Positions 11,822-23,530 of a stretch of 64,000 bases of DNA are shown in pieces (the first letter of the stretch is position 1; each line of letters opens with the position of its first letter). The stretch is from Mayamaea pseudoterrestris (Eukaryota), in assembly GCA_027923505.1 (NCBI GenBank), contig BROI01000019.1, positions 372,001-436,000 on the forward strand, written 5' to 3'. The notes under the pieces were generated by a model, which was not told where the DNA came from, made no database searches, and saw nothing but the letters and a program-made list of their open reading frames with translations. The translations under genes were made by a program, and so were the position numbers.

Positions 11822-13818
11822 TTAGGGCGTACATCGATTTGGATCGCGAGGAAACATTGAAGCCTTTCTCACATTGTCTAGTCCAAGGTAGAGAAAGACC
11901 ACGCGCTCTAAACCGATACCAGCGCCAGCATGAGGACTAACTCCATGTCTGAAGGATTCAATATAGCTCTTCAAACCGTCGCCAAATTCAATGCCCTTCT
12001 CCTCAAGTATCCTTAGCAAAAGCTCCGGGTCGTGACATCGTTGGGCTCCCGAGCAAATTTCTTGACCGCGAATAAAAATGTCATACGAGTTAGAAAAGCG
12101 TGCGTCCTCTGGATCTGGCATGGTATAGAATGGTCGAATTGTGGATGGATACTTGTCAAGCATAAAGAAATCTGTCCCAAATCGCTCCTTGACTACTTCG
12201 CCAAGTTTTAATTCCATGGCACCACTTAGATCGTCCATTCCCTCGCCAACATCCATGCCCTGTTCCCTCAATATATCCATAGCCTCGGGCCAATGCAGGA
12301 CACATGGTTTATCGGTGAATGCAACAGGTTCCGACTCGTATTGTTCGCGAATAACGGCTAGTTCTTTGGCCCAACGAGTCTCCAGTCCATTAAAGATATG
12401 TTTGAACAGCTCGTGAATAATTTCTAGCGTCTCCATGTAATGGTCCCCAATCGCCATTTCCAAATCAAGGCCAGTAAACTCACACAAATGTCGTCTCGTA
12501 TGCGACTTCTCTGCTCGAAAGACAGGGCCAATTTCAAAAACACGGTCCAAATCCGATGCAACAGCCATTTGCTTGTACAGCTGTGGTGACTGCGCCAAAC
12601 ATGCAGTCGTTCCAAAGTAGTCAGTGGTAAAGACTCCTGCACCCGACTCACTTTCTCCCGCAATGAGTTTGGGTGTATGGATTTCGACAAAACTATTGGA
12701 GTAAAGAGACTCGCGGAACAATTGACAAACGGCCGACTGTATGCGCATGATGGCATTGTTGGCTGGAGCTCTCAAATCAAGCCATCGATGATCCAAGCGT
12801 AAGTCCTGACCAAGCCGCGGAAACGGACGGTCCGTCGTCTGTGAGTCTTCCACCTCCTTTTCGCTGCGGCCAGCATCCTCCACCAAGAATGGCAATACTG
12901 CATCGGCTTTGGATACTGCATGAATTCGCTCCAATTTGAGTTCCATGCTCGAAACAGAGCATGACTTGACCGACGCAGGTGCCAGTATCCCTTGAACATC
13001 AACCATGCTTTCCACGGTCAGTGACTGGAGATAGCGAATCATTTGTTTCGAAGCTTCTGGGTCTGACTTGTCTTTAAAGTAGCAAGCTTGCAGAGTGTGA
13101 AACGTATCTTGTCGAATCACTAGAAAGCATGACCCGCCCTTAACGCGAATTGATTGCAGTCGGCCACGCAGCCAAACTTTTGTACCTTCTACAATCTTGT
13201 CTTGTTGCTCCTCGAGACTGGCAATTCGAGTCCACTCTCGCCCCGTCCGACTGCGTGACATGACTCGCGTCATGTCGCCAAAGGCTGGGTAAGATGCTTC
13301 GTCGTCAATTGAAAGGTAGGTGACATCGACTATCGGTGTCTCGGCCGCAGATACCTGCTCGGCTGCCCGAGCCTTGGCGAGTGCCTTTTCTTCCTTGGCG
13401 CGCTGTTTCTCAGCTCTTGTGCGACAAAGAGAGGACAAGATACGAATATGATGAGTTACCAGATAGATATATCAACAAATACCCTATCGCATACTCACTT
13501 TCTAGCTTCTCTGGCAGCCTTGACAGGATCCAATGTTGCGTCAACATCATCACTCGCTGCTGCTGCGGATGCCGTTGTTTCTGTGGGAGAATCGCTGCTT
13601 CTGTCGGCGGATTGATGCAAGGCCGATGTTGTCGCGTAGAATCGCCTATCGTTGCCAGGCAAGCAGCCTTTCACAAGATCAAAATAACTGGCAGCAAACT
13701 TTGTCCGTCTCCCTTGCGAATAGAACGACGATCGCGCGCCAAAGGATGCGACTCGACGAGTCGTCACGGCCACAATCATGACAAACAGCAGAGGATGGGA
13801 TAGAACGGGGTGTAGCAT
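11822..13818 (-). CDS. DARS1: Aspartyl-tRNA synthetase, eukaryote cytosolic type, with N-terminal presequence; exons 13818-13499, 13415-11822
   Basis: OB anticodon domain, LAQSPQLYKQM, motif 2 FRAEKSHTRRHLCEFTGLDLEM, motif 3 PHAGAGIGLERV, C-terminal FPRDPNRCTP. Intron 13498-13416 (GTGAGT...ACAAG). Confidence 0.95.
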
Positions 13819-14110
13819 AGGAACGTTTGAAAGATATCTCTATCCTCTTGCAGATGGCACAATACACAACTGTTTGGAGATTCCACCGAGCAATCTTGGT
13901 GGCCATCGTCATGGTGATGAAGGGTGATGGTGAAGCGAAAAAGAAACGCACGCCATCCTACCGGTACTCGGGTACCGGAGCGATGCGTGACAGCCGATGA
14001 GCTCATTCGTCCCGACGCGACGACCATGAGATTTTCTTCCGTCACAAAGTTTTGGCCTTTTGGAAATAAATCATCAGAAGGCTCATTAGCCTTAATTTGC
14101 GGCTGAAGTC

Positions 14111-16280
14111 ATGCCCAAGCCCATCGATGAAGACCGCGCTCGTCGCAAAGCCGAACTGGAAAAGAAGCGAGCGGCGCGCAAGGCCGAAAAGGAGCAACAG
14201 GAAGCCCTCTTGGAAAAGGCTGCCCAAGACTTGGCAGCGCTAAAGCTGCAAGAGGACAAATCCAGAGAAACCATCAACAAGGACAAGGGATCGTTTTCTC
14301 TGCTGCTAAACTTACCAGAGGATGCAATGCAGTTGCTTTACTGCATGCTTCCAGCTTCCGACCTCGGCTGCCTCATCATGACATGCACAACGCTGCACCA
14401 TTACCTCCCAAAGGCTCGAGTTCCTCATTTGAAAACTCGTCTAAACTCGAAGCGACTGCAAATGTGCCCCGATGAATCGCACGTGCATAGAGTGCTGCAG
14501 CAATCCTTTCCGACAGCAGCGCGAGGTGACATACAAACGACGAGCAAGACGAACAATATGAAAGATCATCGTCACGACGACCAAAATGACTACCTTTTCT
14601 ATGCGCGCTATGTAGAAGAGGCCATGGGATGTTCTACTTTATCCGTACCAAATGCTAGCGCATCCTCGTCACCTATTTCCAAGTCAAACCGTCCAGACTC
14701 GATCCTACTTCCAGCGTACACGCAGGGTCGGTTCGCGAGCACTAGTCCAGAACATTCCCTTTGTCGGGCCTCCAGAGCATCAGGATGCGCCAGCTGGGGC
14801 GTTGGCATGCGTGGTCAGCTTGGTCACGGCCAGCGACAGGATGAACGACTTCCCAAGCTACTGCGACAATTTGGATTGGACGAAATTCGCATTGTGCAGG
14901 TATCGGCTGGTGGTGGCTTGGTGCGCGTCGCACACTCACTGCTACTGACTAGCACCGGGCGCGTCTTGTCGTTTGGTACTGGCCAATACGGAGCGTTGGG
15001 ACACGGCTACTCGGCGGCCAAGCAACTGCCGGATGCACTCCGGCCGCAGTTTGTCGACTCGTTGAAGCACTTGACGTGCGTCTGCGTGGCGGCGGGCGAG
15101 CTTCATAGCGCCGTCGTGACGAGCGATGGAGACGTTTACACGTGGGTGAGTCTGCATTAATCTTGAATGCCAAGCTGATAATATGGCTTTCTTACCCTCT
15201 TGCCCTTTTACTTTTCGTTAGGGAGACGGCTTTTGCGGACAGCTTGGTCATGCCGACAAGCGGCCTCAACCAAGTCCCAAGCAGGTGACAAATGGCGGTT
15301 TGGAAGATGAATGTGTTGCAATGGTAACGTGCGGTGGTCGGCATACAATTGCCGTGACTGAAGAAGGGGATGTTTTTAGCTGGGGACTGGGTCATTTTGG
15401 CTGTCTCGGCCGAAGCTACACCCCATTTGACTATGACGCGGACGCTGCAATTGTGGCTTTTACTGGCGAAGATGCAGAACAACCGCACCAGGGGGCTAAT
15501 GACGACGCAGCTGCGCCACAAGAGATGGTAGAGGCGCCAATCGTGGAGCGAGATTTTGCGGCTGAGCTTAGAGAACATCTGGAGTTGCTCGCCAACATGA
15601 CTCTCGACGACTCTAGTACCCAATGCATTCCTCAACCAGTAGACTCGCTGCAGGGCATCAAGATTGTTAGCGCAAGTGCCGGCCATCGACATTCCTTGTT
15701 TCTTGCCGAGCGAGGGGCACTCTACAGCTGTGGGGCTGGCACGTCGGGCTGCCTTGGCCACGGCGACACTGCATCGCAAATGTTTCCAGTAAAGATAACA
15801 TCATTGGACGAGAATGGCGGAACGCGAGTCATACAAATGAGCGCAGGTGTCGATATGAGCATGGCCGTCGATAGTTGCGGTCAAGTTTATGGCTGGGGAA
15901 AGATGGATGGTGGTAGAATTGGTCTTGGATTAGAGCGAAAGTCTGTTACAATTCCTCGTCAGGTCACCATCAACGATGCCAATGGCGAGTCGGTGAAAGC
16001 CATTGACGTCGAATGTGGCTACGTGCACTCATTGATAGTCGGCATTGACGGATCAATTCACATATGTGGCGGCGTCGGTATTGAAGGAGCCGACGATGGT
16101 CAAGTCGAGGATAAGTCAATGGATGATACGATAGGCAAGCCGCGACAAGTGCCTGACTTCAATATCTGGCAGTGCGCCACGGAAGCGGCAAAGAAAGAAG
16201 CAGTGAAGAAGGAACGCTGGTCAAAGTATGGAAAGTACACCGTCAAGGGCCGTACGAAGATGATGAAGGGCGAGGACTAA
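14111..16280 (+). CDS. RCC1-repeat beta-propeller protein with F-box-like N-terminal segment; exons 14111-15145, 15222-16280
   Basis: Repeated GxLGHG / VxAGxxHS / GxVYxWG units. [16 protein letters not shown] resembles an F-box. Intron 15146-15221 is in frame. Confidence 0.88.
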
Positions 16281-16628
16281 TTTGTTGAATAATAAGCTAA
16301 AGCAAGATTATACTAGGATTACAGTGGCATACTTTCTAGTTTAGGACATAGTAATTGATAGAGATGATAAATTGTGTGAAAATGTGTGGCTGCCGATCAA
16401 GAAGAAACGCAAACGTTGGCGTAAAGGGGCGACAAGATCCAAACAGAAAGAAAACAAACATGCGTACACGTTGATAGGGCGTGGAATGATAATGGTGGCA
16501 ACAACAATTGAAGAATTCTTGATTTAGTATTGCAGGTGATAGCATGATGTGGGAAGAGTGCTTGCTCAAGGAGCATGGCGTGGCACAGCAAGTGAAAGGG
16601 TGATGGGCGGGTAGTAACCAAGCCGCGT

Positions 16629-17666
16629 TTAGACTTGGCTGGACGAAAGAGGTTTCGCAAAGCCAAACAAGTTGGCAGCCTCTTCCAGACTGGGAAGCGA
16701 GCTATCATATCCATCGCGGGCCAATTTGCAGGCCTCCTTCCACATGTCAATGCTGACCCGACGGTACTTGGGACGTGGCGTGTCGACGACTGCTTCCATG
16801 TCGTCGAACGACCGGGTGCGCTTGTTCGCGATCATAGTGGACTCTTCGACAGCTGTTGCGACAGAGGCGATATACTTTTGAAGAAAGTGCAACTTGATGC
16901 GATCTAGCTCGGCTTGATGAGAGGCCTCTCCAGAGCTAGTCTTTGGCACATATTCAAACTGCTCCAACACATTTTCAACCGCATCTTGGTCCAAGTCAGT
17001 CGCAACGTCGTCAATCGTTGGTTTCCCGCCCAGTTGCGGTCGCAAAATGTACACAATGACAGTGTCCATCTTGGTGTCAGCAAACCTCAACTCCTCGGTC
17101 TCGTCCGATGAAATGCTTTCGTCGTCCGAGCTAATGCAGCTGGTAGAATGTTCGCTGACAGTGTTTCGAGGCGGCGAAACGACTGGAGGGAGCGGTGGCT
17201 CATCCACAAGACTGACTAGCGAAACACTTCGCTTGTTGGGGAAAAAGCATGACGGTACCTTGCCCACCATGCCACAAAGTGTCGGCGAGACGGGCTCGGC
17301 CATTTTGACTTCGTCCTTGGTCTTGACCATTGTTTTTGTAGCCTTGGGTACATCCTGGACAACAAGCATTTGGGCTTCAACTTGAGGTTTCCAGAATCGT
17401 TTCCGGTTGTTGACGAACCAATTGGTAAGCTGCTTGAGCTTAATGCCAGTGTCGGTCATAATCTCCACCTTTTCCTGTTCCGTTGGATAGGGATGAGCAA
17501 TGTGAGCTGGGCTCATCATCCATGCCTTCAAGTATTCGACAGTTTCATGGGGCAGACAAGTCGTCTTGCGCTTGTTCTTGAGGTTTGTTTTGGACGGCAA
17601 AATGTGATGGGCGCGCCGCTCTGGTAGAGCACGGTGAGAGTCTTCAGACATGGTTTCGAGTAACAT
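16629..17666 (-). CDS. TALE-class (KN-type) homeodomain transcription factor
   Basis: LPHETVEYLKAWM...HIAHPYPTEQEK...QLTNWFVNNRKRFWKP shows the PYP loop and WFxN motif. Confidence 0.9.
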   Translation of the reverse strand: MLLETMSEDSHRALPERRAHHILPSKTNLKNKRKTTCLPHETVEYLKAWMMSPAHIAHPYPTEQEKVEIMTDTGIKLKQLTNWFVNNRKRFWKPQVEAQMLVVQDVPKATKTMVKTKDEVKMAEPVSPTLCGMVGKVPSCFFPNKRSVSLVSLVDEPPLPPVVSPPRNTVSEHSTSCISSDDESISSDETEELRFADTKMDTVIVYILRPQLGGKPTIDDVATDLDQDAVENVLEQFEYVPKTSSGEASHQAELDRIKLHFLQKYIASVATAVEESTMIANKRTRSFDDMEAVVDTPRPKYRRVSIDMWKEACKLARDGYDSSLPSLEEAANLFGFAKPLSSSQV

Positions 17667-19225
17667 TTTTAGTTTGGTAGTGGCTAGAGACTTCAAATGA
17701 GACGTCGATTGGTAATAAGTGCTGCTTCAAACAAGTTGATGGCTGTCCTAAAGCAAGGAAAAGGATTTGTGTCTAAGAAAAGTGCGTGTCGGCCATATTT
17801 TTCAAACGCCGAACTCGAAACAAATGGCAACGCCTTCTCCCAAGGTCATTGCCAAATGGATAAACACTTTTCAACCAATCAAAACGCTCACAAGGAAGAA
17901 TGGATGACGTAATGTTGCAGTAAAAACAACACGTCACTGAAACCCGGATGCGAAACCATCGATCCGTCGCAAACCGGAGACGTAACCATCGACGCACCCG
18001 TCGTCATGTCCGTCACGAGGCGGCACGCTGCGGCAGGCAAGCAAGCGGACGTGCATGATGGGCAGCGGGGAATGTAGCGTTGTAAATAGGTAGAGAGAGT
18101 GGTGACTAGACAATGAAAGTGTAGTCGTTTGTGGCATGTCATGGAGTAGGTGTAGCTTGATGGGACGAAGCTGTGACGATCAAAGTAGGCGCGACAAACG
18201 CGTTGTCCATGGCGTGACAAAGTCGTCACATGGAATCCATCATGGATGCAGTCGGATCTTTGTCTCGGGATGAGACAGAAAGACGACGACAAGAAAGACG
18301 ACAATGGTCACTCATGTTGTCCATGATCGTCATGATGGCGTTGGGACTGTTCTTCCTCGGTGGTTTCGCACCCATCAACCCAATGCTGCTGCAAGCGTGC
18401 CACTTTTTTCCGTGAAAGCGCAAGTCACACTTGCCAGTGCGCCGCAACTCACACACACGGGACGATGATGAACGATTTATTGCAAATGTTCGATAAGAGC
18501 TGTTGACGTTGACGATTGCTTACCTTGGGTCAAGTATCTTTCTGCCGCAGCAACAAGTGATGGCCTCGCTTTTGGAGTGAGGCTTCCTCTCTCGTTTGTG
18601 TGCTCGATTGAGACGGAAGAAACGAACTGCCTGCCTTGATCGTCAGCCGCGCCTGCTTCAAGACGAAGAGCCTTCTGGCTTGCACGTTTTCGTTAAATAA
18701 ATCGGGAACCGGTAGCCGGGGATGTGTCACTATGGTTCGGCTGTTTCGTCAGGCCATTGCATTCTCGATGTTGGATCCGTGAAAGATTCGTCTTGGCGAA
18801 TGTTTTGATTGGTTCATGATGACGACGCGTCATTGGTCCGTTTCCTTGGCCGGACTCAAAGTGCTAACGTTGCTATGTGTGTTTTGAATGGCTGCCAAAT
18901 AATATAGTATAGGAACGATTTAGGACGTCTGCCTAGAGGTCCAGCCTGCAGCTACGGTAGTTATGTAAGGAAAGATCCTGACAATAAAACAATCATTGTC
19001 GTCAAAGTGAGTAGATACAACACCATTTACCTCGTTCCATGCATGTCTTGTCTTGACAGGAGCTATGTTGCTCCAGATCTGAATTTACAGGAACACCGAA
19101 GGCCTTCCATGGAACAGCTCGAGGTTTACGCATGCCGACGTCAAAACACGAGATCACATCCTCGGAGAGAGGGACAAACATTGCAACGCATATATTATTG
19201 CATATTAGTAAACAAAAAAGTATAA

Positions 19226-19906
19226 ATGTCAGCTTCATCCACTCGCGTTCTCAAGACGGTTGTCTTCATGGGCTCGGCCAAGAATGTTGCTCCTCCGTGG
19301 GGCGGAGATGCTCGCCTCGGTGATCGCGTGCTAAGTCACGTGGAAGCGACTTTGGAAGATCGTATTGGTACGCTCGGAGCCGACACTATCAGGCACGATG
19401 TCAGCATTGTTGATCCACTCTTTGTGTTTGGAAAGCATGGTGCTTTGTCGGAAATTTCTGCCGGCGAGCTTTTGGCTCCTGCATTCTTCTTCAAGCAACT
19501 CCCAGCCAAGGCGCAAGCACTCCAAGACTTGATTGCCGGAGCAGACTGCTACGTTATTGTGAGTCCAGAGTACAATCACGTGGTACCTCCGGCATTGGCC
19601 TCTATCATGGGCCATTTTGGTGGCTCATGCTATTCGTGCAAGCCATCCGGCATAATCACATACTCTGCTGGACCTTGGGGTGGGCAGCGAGCAGCCTTGT
19701 CGATTGTAAGCATGACACACGAGCTGGGCTGCCTACCTGTGTCAAAGATGGTGGGGTATCCAATGGCGGCTGAATTGTTTCATGAAGATGGATCACCAAA
19801 GGATCCATCGCACCGAATGCTCAAGCAACTACCGGACATGCTGAATCAGCTTGAATGGATGGCTATCGCTATGAAAGACCAACGGGAGCGAGTTGGAAAG
19901 TTTTAG
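19226..19906 (+). CDS. NADPH-dependent FMN reductase (flavodoxin-like fold)
   Basis: [44 protein letters not shown]. Confidence 0.88.
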   Translation: MSASSTRVLKTVVFMGSAKNVAPPWGGDARLGDRVLSHVEATLEDRIGTLGADTIRHDVSIVDPLFVFGKHGALSEISAGELLAPAFFFKQLPAKAQALQDLIAGADCYVIVSPEYNHVVPPALASIMGHFGGSCYSCKPSGIITYSAGPWGGQRAALSIVSMTHELGCLPVSKMVGYPMAAELFHEDGSPKDPSHRMLKQLPDMLNQLEWMAIAMKDQRERVGKF

Positions 19907-20487
19907 GATGAGCAGTAAACATCGTGCGCGTGAAGATGTAAGCACTTGCATGGATACAATGACTCTGTATGAAAATGCACCGAAAGGTTGTCTCGCCAAT
20001 TTGTCGATTGCCTTTGTAACTGGATGTGGAAGAAAAGGAGTAGTGTATTATTCGATTATTCAAAACACTGTAAAGCTATAGTGTCGCATTAGTAAAGCGC
20101 AGGTCACCACTGTGCTCGACGATGGACGCCGCAGCACTCGGAAAGGTTTGCGGCAAGCCTAATTGCGTTAATACATGTAGTAAGCCAGCACCTGAGCTAT
20201 TATGGCTGCATGGAGGTACTAAGAAATGATCCGAAAGTGTTGAGAGGATGACTAACTCTAAATGATTTGCAGATATGCAAAGGAGTACTCGTAGTATGTA
20301 TGGCACCGATAGCTAAGGCGGAGTCGTGCGAAAACGAGAAAGCGAATTTCGGTCATTTTCCGGTCATTTGCCGATGTCCGCGCAGCCGCGATCACCATGA
20401 GCGTCGGCGCGACACCAACTGCACATTGCCCTTGTCACACAACAGCTTTGTCAAAGGCAATAAACACCTTAGCATCATATAAGAGCC

Positions 20488-21479
20488 ATGTCAGATGACT
20501 GGATAGAGCTTAAGGGCGAGGCGCTTCAATTGAGAGTGAGTGCGCGGATGAAAGTTTGAATGACCCTTCAAACTAAAATCAATAATTACAGCCCACTAAC
20601 AATGCCGATGTCTTCGACCAGGTTATCCAAAACAAACCTGATTCCAACGAAAACGTGGCGCAATGGACCGATACAGTCTTGGTTGACTACGAAGGTCGAC
20701 AGTGCGACGACAGAGATGCCCCATTCGAGTCCTACCCTGTCTGTCAGTCCGGCAAGCAACTCGTCGTAACTTTCACAGACCAAATGCTCGTCAAGGCTTT
20801 GGAGATAGCTTTCATTCACTTACATGCAGGTCAAACGGCTTTGGTCTATGCCACTCCAAAGTTCGCGCTCGGAGAGACACAAAAACGATCGTACAACGAC
20901 GTTGTTGTTCCTCCCAATTCAAATGTGATCTACAAAGTCACACTGCATCACATTCTAATGAACACGGGCCGCATCAATCCTTATTTGCCAATACAAAAGG
21001 CAATTGCACAAAAGACGATTGCCAATGACTTGTATCAGTGCGAGTGGCCCGGCCAGCGCGATCGAGCAATGACGCTGTACGAAAAGGCCGCACGTGACAT
21101 GGAAACCTTGTTGCATGGAACCTATCTCACTAACGTTGCGGAGCCTGACCATCCGCAGCGCAAGCAAGTCAAGGAGCTCATGCTTGACAATCTTAACAAC
21201 ATTGTGGCCGTTTACTTGCGGAGCAAGCAGTACGAAAAGGCATACGAAGCAGCACAGCTGGTTCTTCGACGGGACGCCAGCAACGCCAAGGCACTGCTCC
21301 GAGCGGCAAAAGCTTGCATGATGAGCCGCCAATGCTCACGGAATGATCAGGACGATGCGTTGTGCGCTGCTGAGAAGGCGATCACCTACAAGGACAAGGA
21401 GGAAGTTGAGTTGAAGAAGCTGCGAATGCAGTGGAAACTGCGAAAGCAGATGGCCTTTGCCAGCGTTGCGACCGAGTGA
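20488..21479 (+). CDS. FKBP-like domain plus TPR protein (FKBP8/FKBP4-like co-chaperone); exons 20488-20535, 20592-21479
   Basis: FKBP signature ALEIA..LHAGQTALVYATPKFALG...VPPNSNVIYKVTL, then TPR helices (LNNIVAVY...NAKALLRAAKA). 56-nt GTGAGT...TACAG intron in frame. Confidence 0.8.
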
Positions 21480-21653
21480 TTACCGGTTAATAATCTTTCT
21501 CTAACGCGACAGTTTCAATAATAAATGCGAAGACATTTTTACTCATGGTCAAATGTTACCTTCCAAGTTCAAGGCTTGTTCGTCGTCTACCTATATGGAA
21601 TTTTACCTTGCAAAATAATTCTTGTCGTCATCATTCAAACGTGATCTGCATTG

Positions 21654-23063
21654 CTAAGGAGTTTTGGCTCGGGCGTCTCCGCTGACGTCAATATTCGTTG
21701 TACTTTCTGTTGATACGTTAATATGCTCGCCCCGATCAACAAGGCGGCGCAACTTTTGAGCCCGAATCAGCTGCAAGGAATCTCGCGTCGACTCGCTCTG
21801 AGGAGAGGACTTGTTTGAACCGCATATAGGACCGACTTGTCCAGCAACGACAGACTGATAGCGTGCACCATCATCACCATCTTCGGAACGTGGGACACGA
21901 TCAACAAAAAAAGCAGCGGATGAGTCTACTGCAAAGCTGGATGTTGTTTCTTCATTAACTGATCCCAATACTCTACCACCATTCTCTTGCTCATCGTACT
22001 TTGACAGGATCGAGTGCGAATCATCATCGTCATTTTTCTTCCTATCTCGCCGTCGGTGCTTTCGTTTGCGGTGCTTGCGTAGCCGTCGTCGTCGTTCTTC
22101 ACTCTCGGAGCTGTTTGCTGATGATGATGTTGATGTTGAAAGGTCATCGTCCGAACCAACAGACCGTCGCCGTTTCCTGTGCTTCCGGTGACTCTTCTTT
22201 GCCTTCTTGCCCTTTGACTTTTTTGATGTTTTCGCTTTGCGGGATCGTTTTCTGTCTCGTCTGTATTGCGATTGATAGTCGTCGTCGTCCTTGTCGTTAA
22301 GCAGTGGATACTGGTGGTCGTAGGATGTCGCCATTCCAAAACCGGCCCCATTATCACCTGGCTCGGCCAGCATGGACGGCTCCAAGGACGCATCCAGTGA
22401 CGCTCGTGCCGCCTTGACGGATGGGCCCATTGAGGGTAGCGATCGATGCTGCCGTTGTCGGTCCGCGGCCGCTTGCACCTCGCGCAAATACGCGTTCGCA
22501 TTGACGTGCTTTGGATCCAAGTCAAGCGCTCGTTGTAGATTATGCAATGCATCCGAGTGCTTGCCATGATTGGCTTGCAAGGCGCCCAATGCCACCAGCA
22601 AGTCTACATGGTCTGGAACCAGATCCAAGCCTTGCTGATAGGCGGAACGTGCCTTGGCGTAAGCGTCATGCGTTTGCGGCTGCTGCGTGGCAAGCTTTAT
22701 GCCGTCATGGAGACGTTGATCGGCCCATTGAATATTTTGTAGTCGTCGGAGATCAAGATAGTGAATATTCGGATATGCAGCCGGAGCTTGCTGATTTTGT
22801 CTTGGCGATGATGTCGCAGTAGCATGACAAAGCTCTTTCGAACGCTCGTCCTTTTCTTCCGTCAAAATCCATGGGATATGGCTGAAAACATTCTCTTCAT
22901 CGCCATTTTCTGATGTTTCTCTCATATACCGATGGCATAGAGAAGGATCAAGCAGCTGCAGCCTCCAATCATTGTGAGCGTGGGAAGCGCTCGTCGGATC
23001 GACAATGCTGAATGCATAAGTCGACGACGTCTGGTTGCCATTGCTGTCGCTCTTTTCAGACAT
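21654..23063 (-). CDS. TPR-repeat protein with K/R/S-rich C-terminus (TTC14-like)
   Basis: WADQRLHDGIKLA...YQQGLDLVPDHVDLLVALGALQAN...RALDLDPKHVNANAYL, followed by basic/serine-rich low complexity. Confidence 0.75.
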   Translation of the reverse strand: MSEKSDSNGNQTSSTYAFSIVDPTSASHAHNDWRLQLLDPSLCHRYMRETSENGDEENVFSHIPWILTEEKDERSKELCHATATSSPRQNQQAPAAYPNIHYLDLRRLQNIQWADQRLHDGIKLATQQPQTHDAYAKARSAYQQGLDLVPDHVDLLVALGALQANHGKHSDALHNLQRALDLDPKHVNANAYLREVQAAADRQRQHRSLPSMGPSVKAARASLDASLEPSMLAEPGDNGAGFGMATSYDHQYPLLNDKDDDDYQSQYRRDRKRSRKAKTSKKSKGKKAKKSHRKHRKRRRSVGSDDDLSTSTSSSANSSESEERRRRLRKHRKRKHRRRDRKKNDDDDSHSILSKYDEQENGGRVLGSVNEETTSSFAVDSSAAFFVDRVPRSEDGDDGARYQSVVAGQVGPICGSNKSSPQSESTRDSLQLIRAQKLRRLVDRGEHINVSTESTTNIDVSGDARAKTP

Positions 23064-23530
23064 TTTAGCCCAGCTAATCTGCAGTAATCTCTTTTGATCT
23101 ATAAGTCAGTCATTGATGCGCACTGACGGGGGTAAACGACCTATACGGCAAAAGCTGCTGCAGTGATGGATCTCTTGGTCATGGAGTCATGGCGTCATGG
23201 CGAACCTTCGCCTCATCCCACGAGCCATGCTGTGAGTGCCGGTGCGCATCGCTCCGTTATTAATACTTTTGAAACTTCGAAATGAACGAATCGCTTAAAA
23301 CGTAGCTCGCATCATCGCAGAAGTCGTTTCTAATCAATGAATGAGATATGACCGATTGGAACGGTGGTCTGACATAGTTTGTCATTGGGGCTGATTGCCT
23401 TCGACACGCTCGGTCCGCATCAATCGGTAGAAAGAAACGCCATCGCGTCAACGATGATTATCGTCAACGTAGGCTCACTTTTCTCAGCCTTGCATTCGTC
23501 GGCTGATCAGCATTACGACTTTGTCTCAAT

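Noticed and set aside
13958..13980. Palindrome CCGGTAC-TCGG-GTACCGG in the AspRS/RCC1 divergent promoter, and a similar short stem at about 28025-28053
   Set aside because: Single short dyads are expected by chance in 64 kb, and nothing else supports a function.
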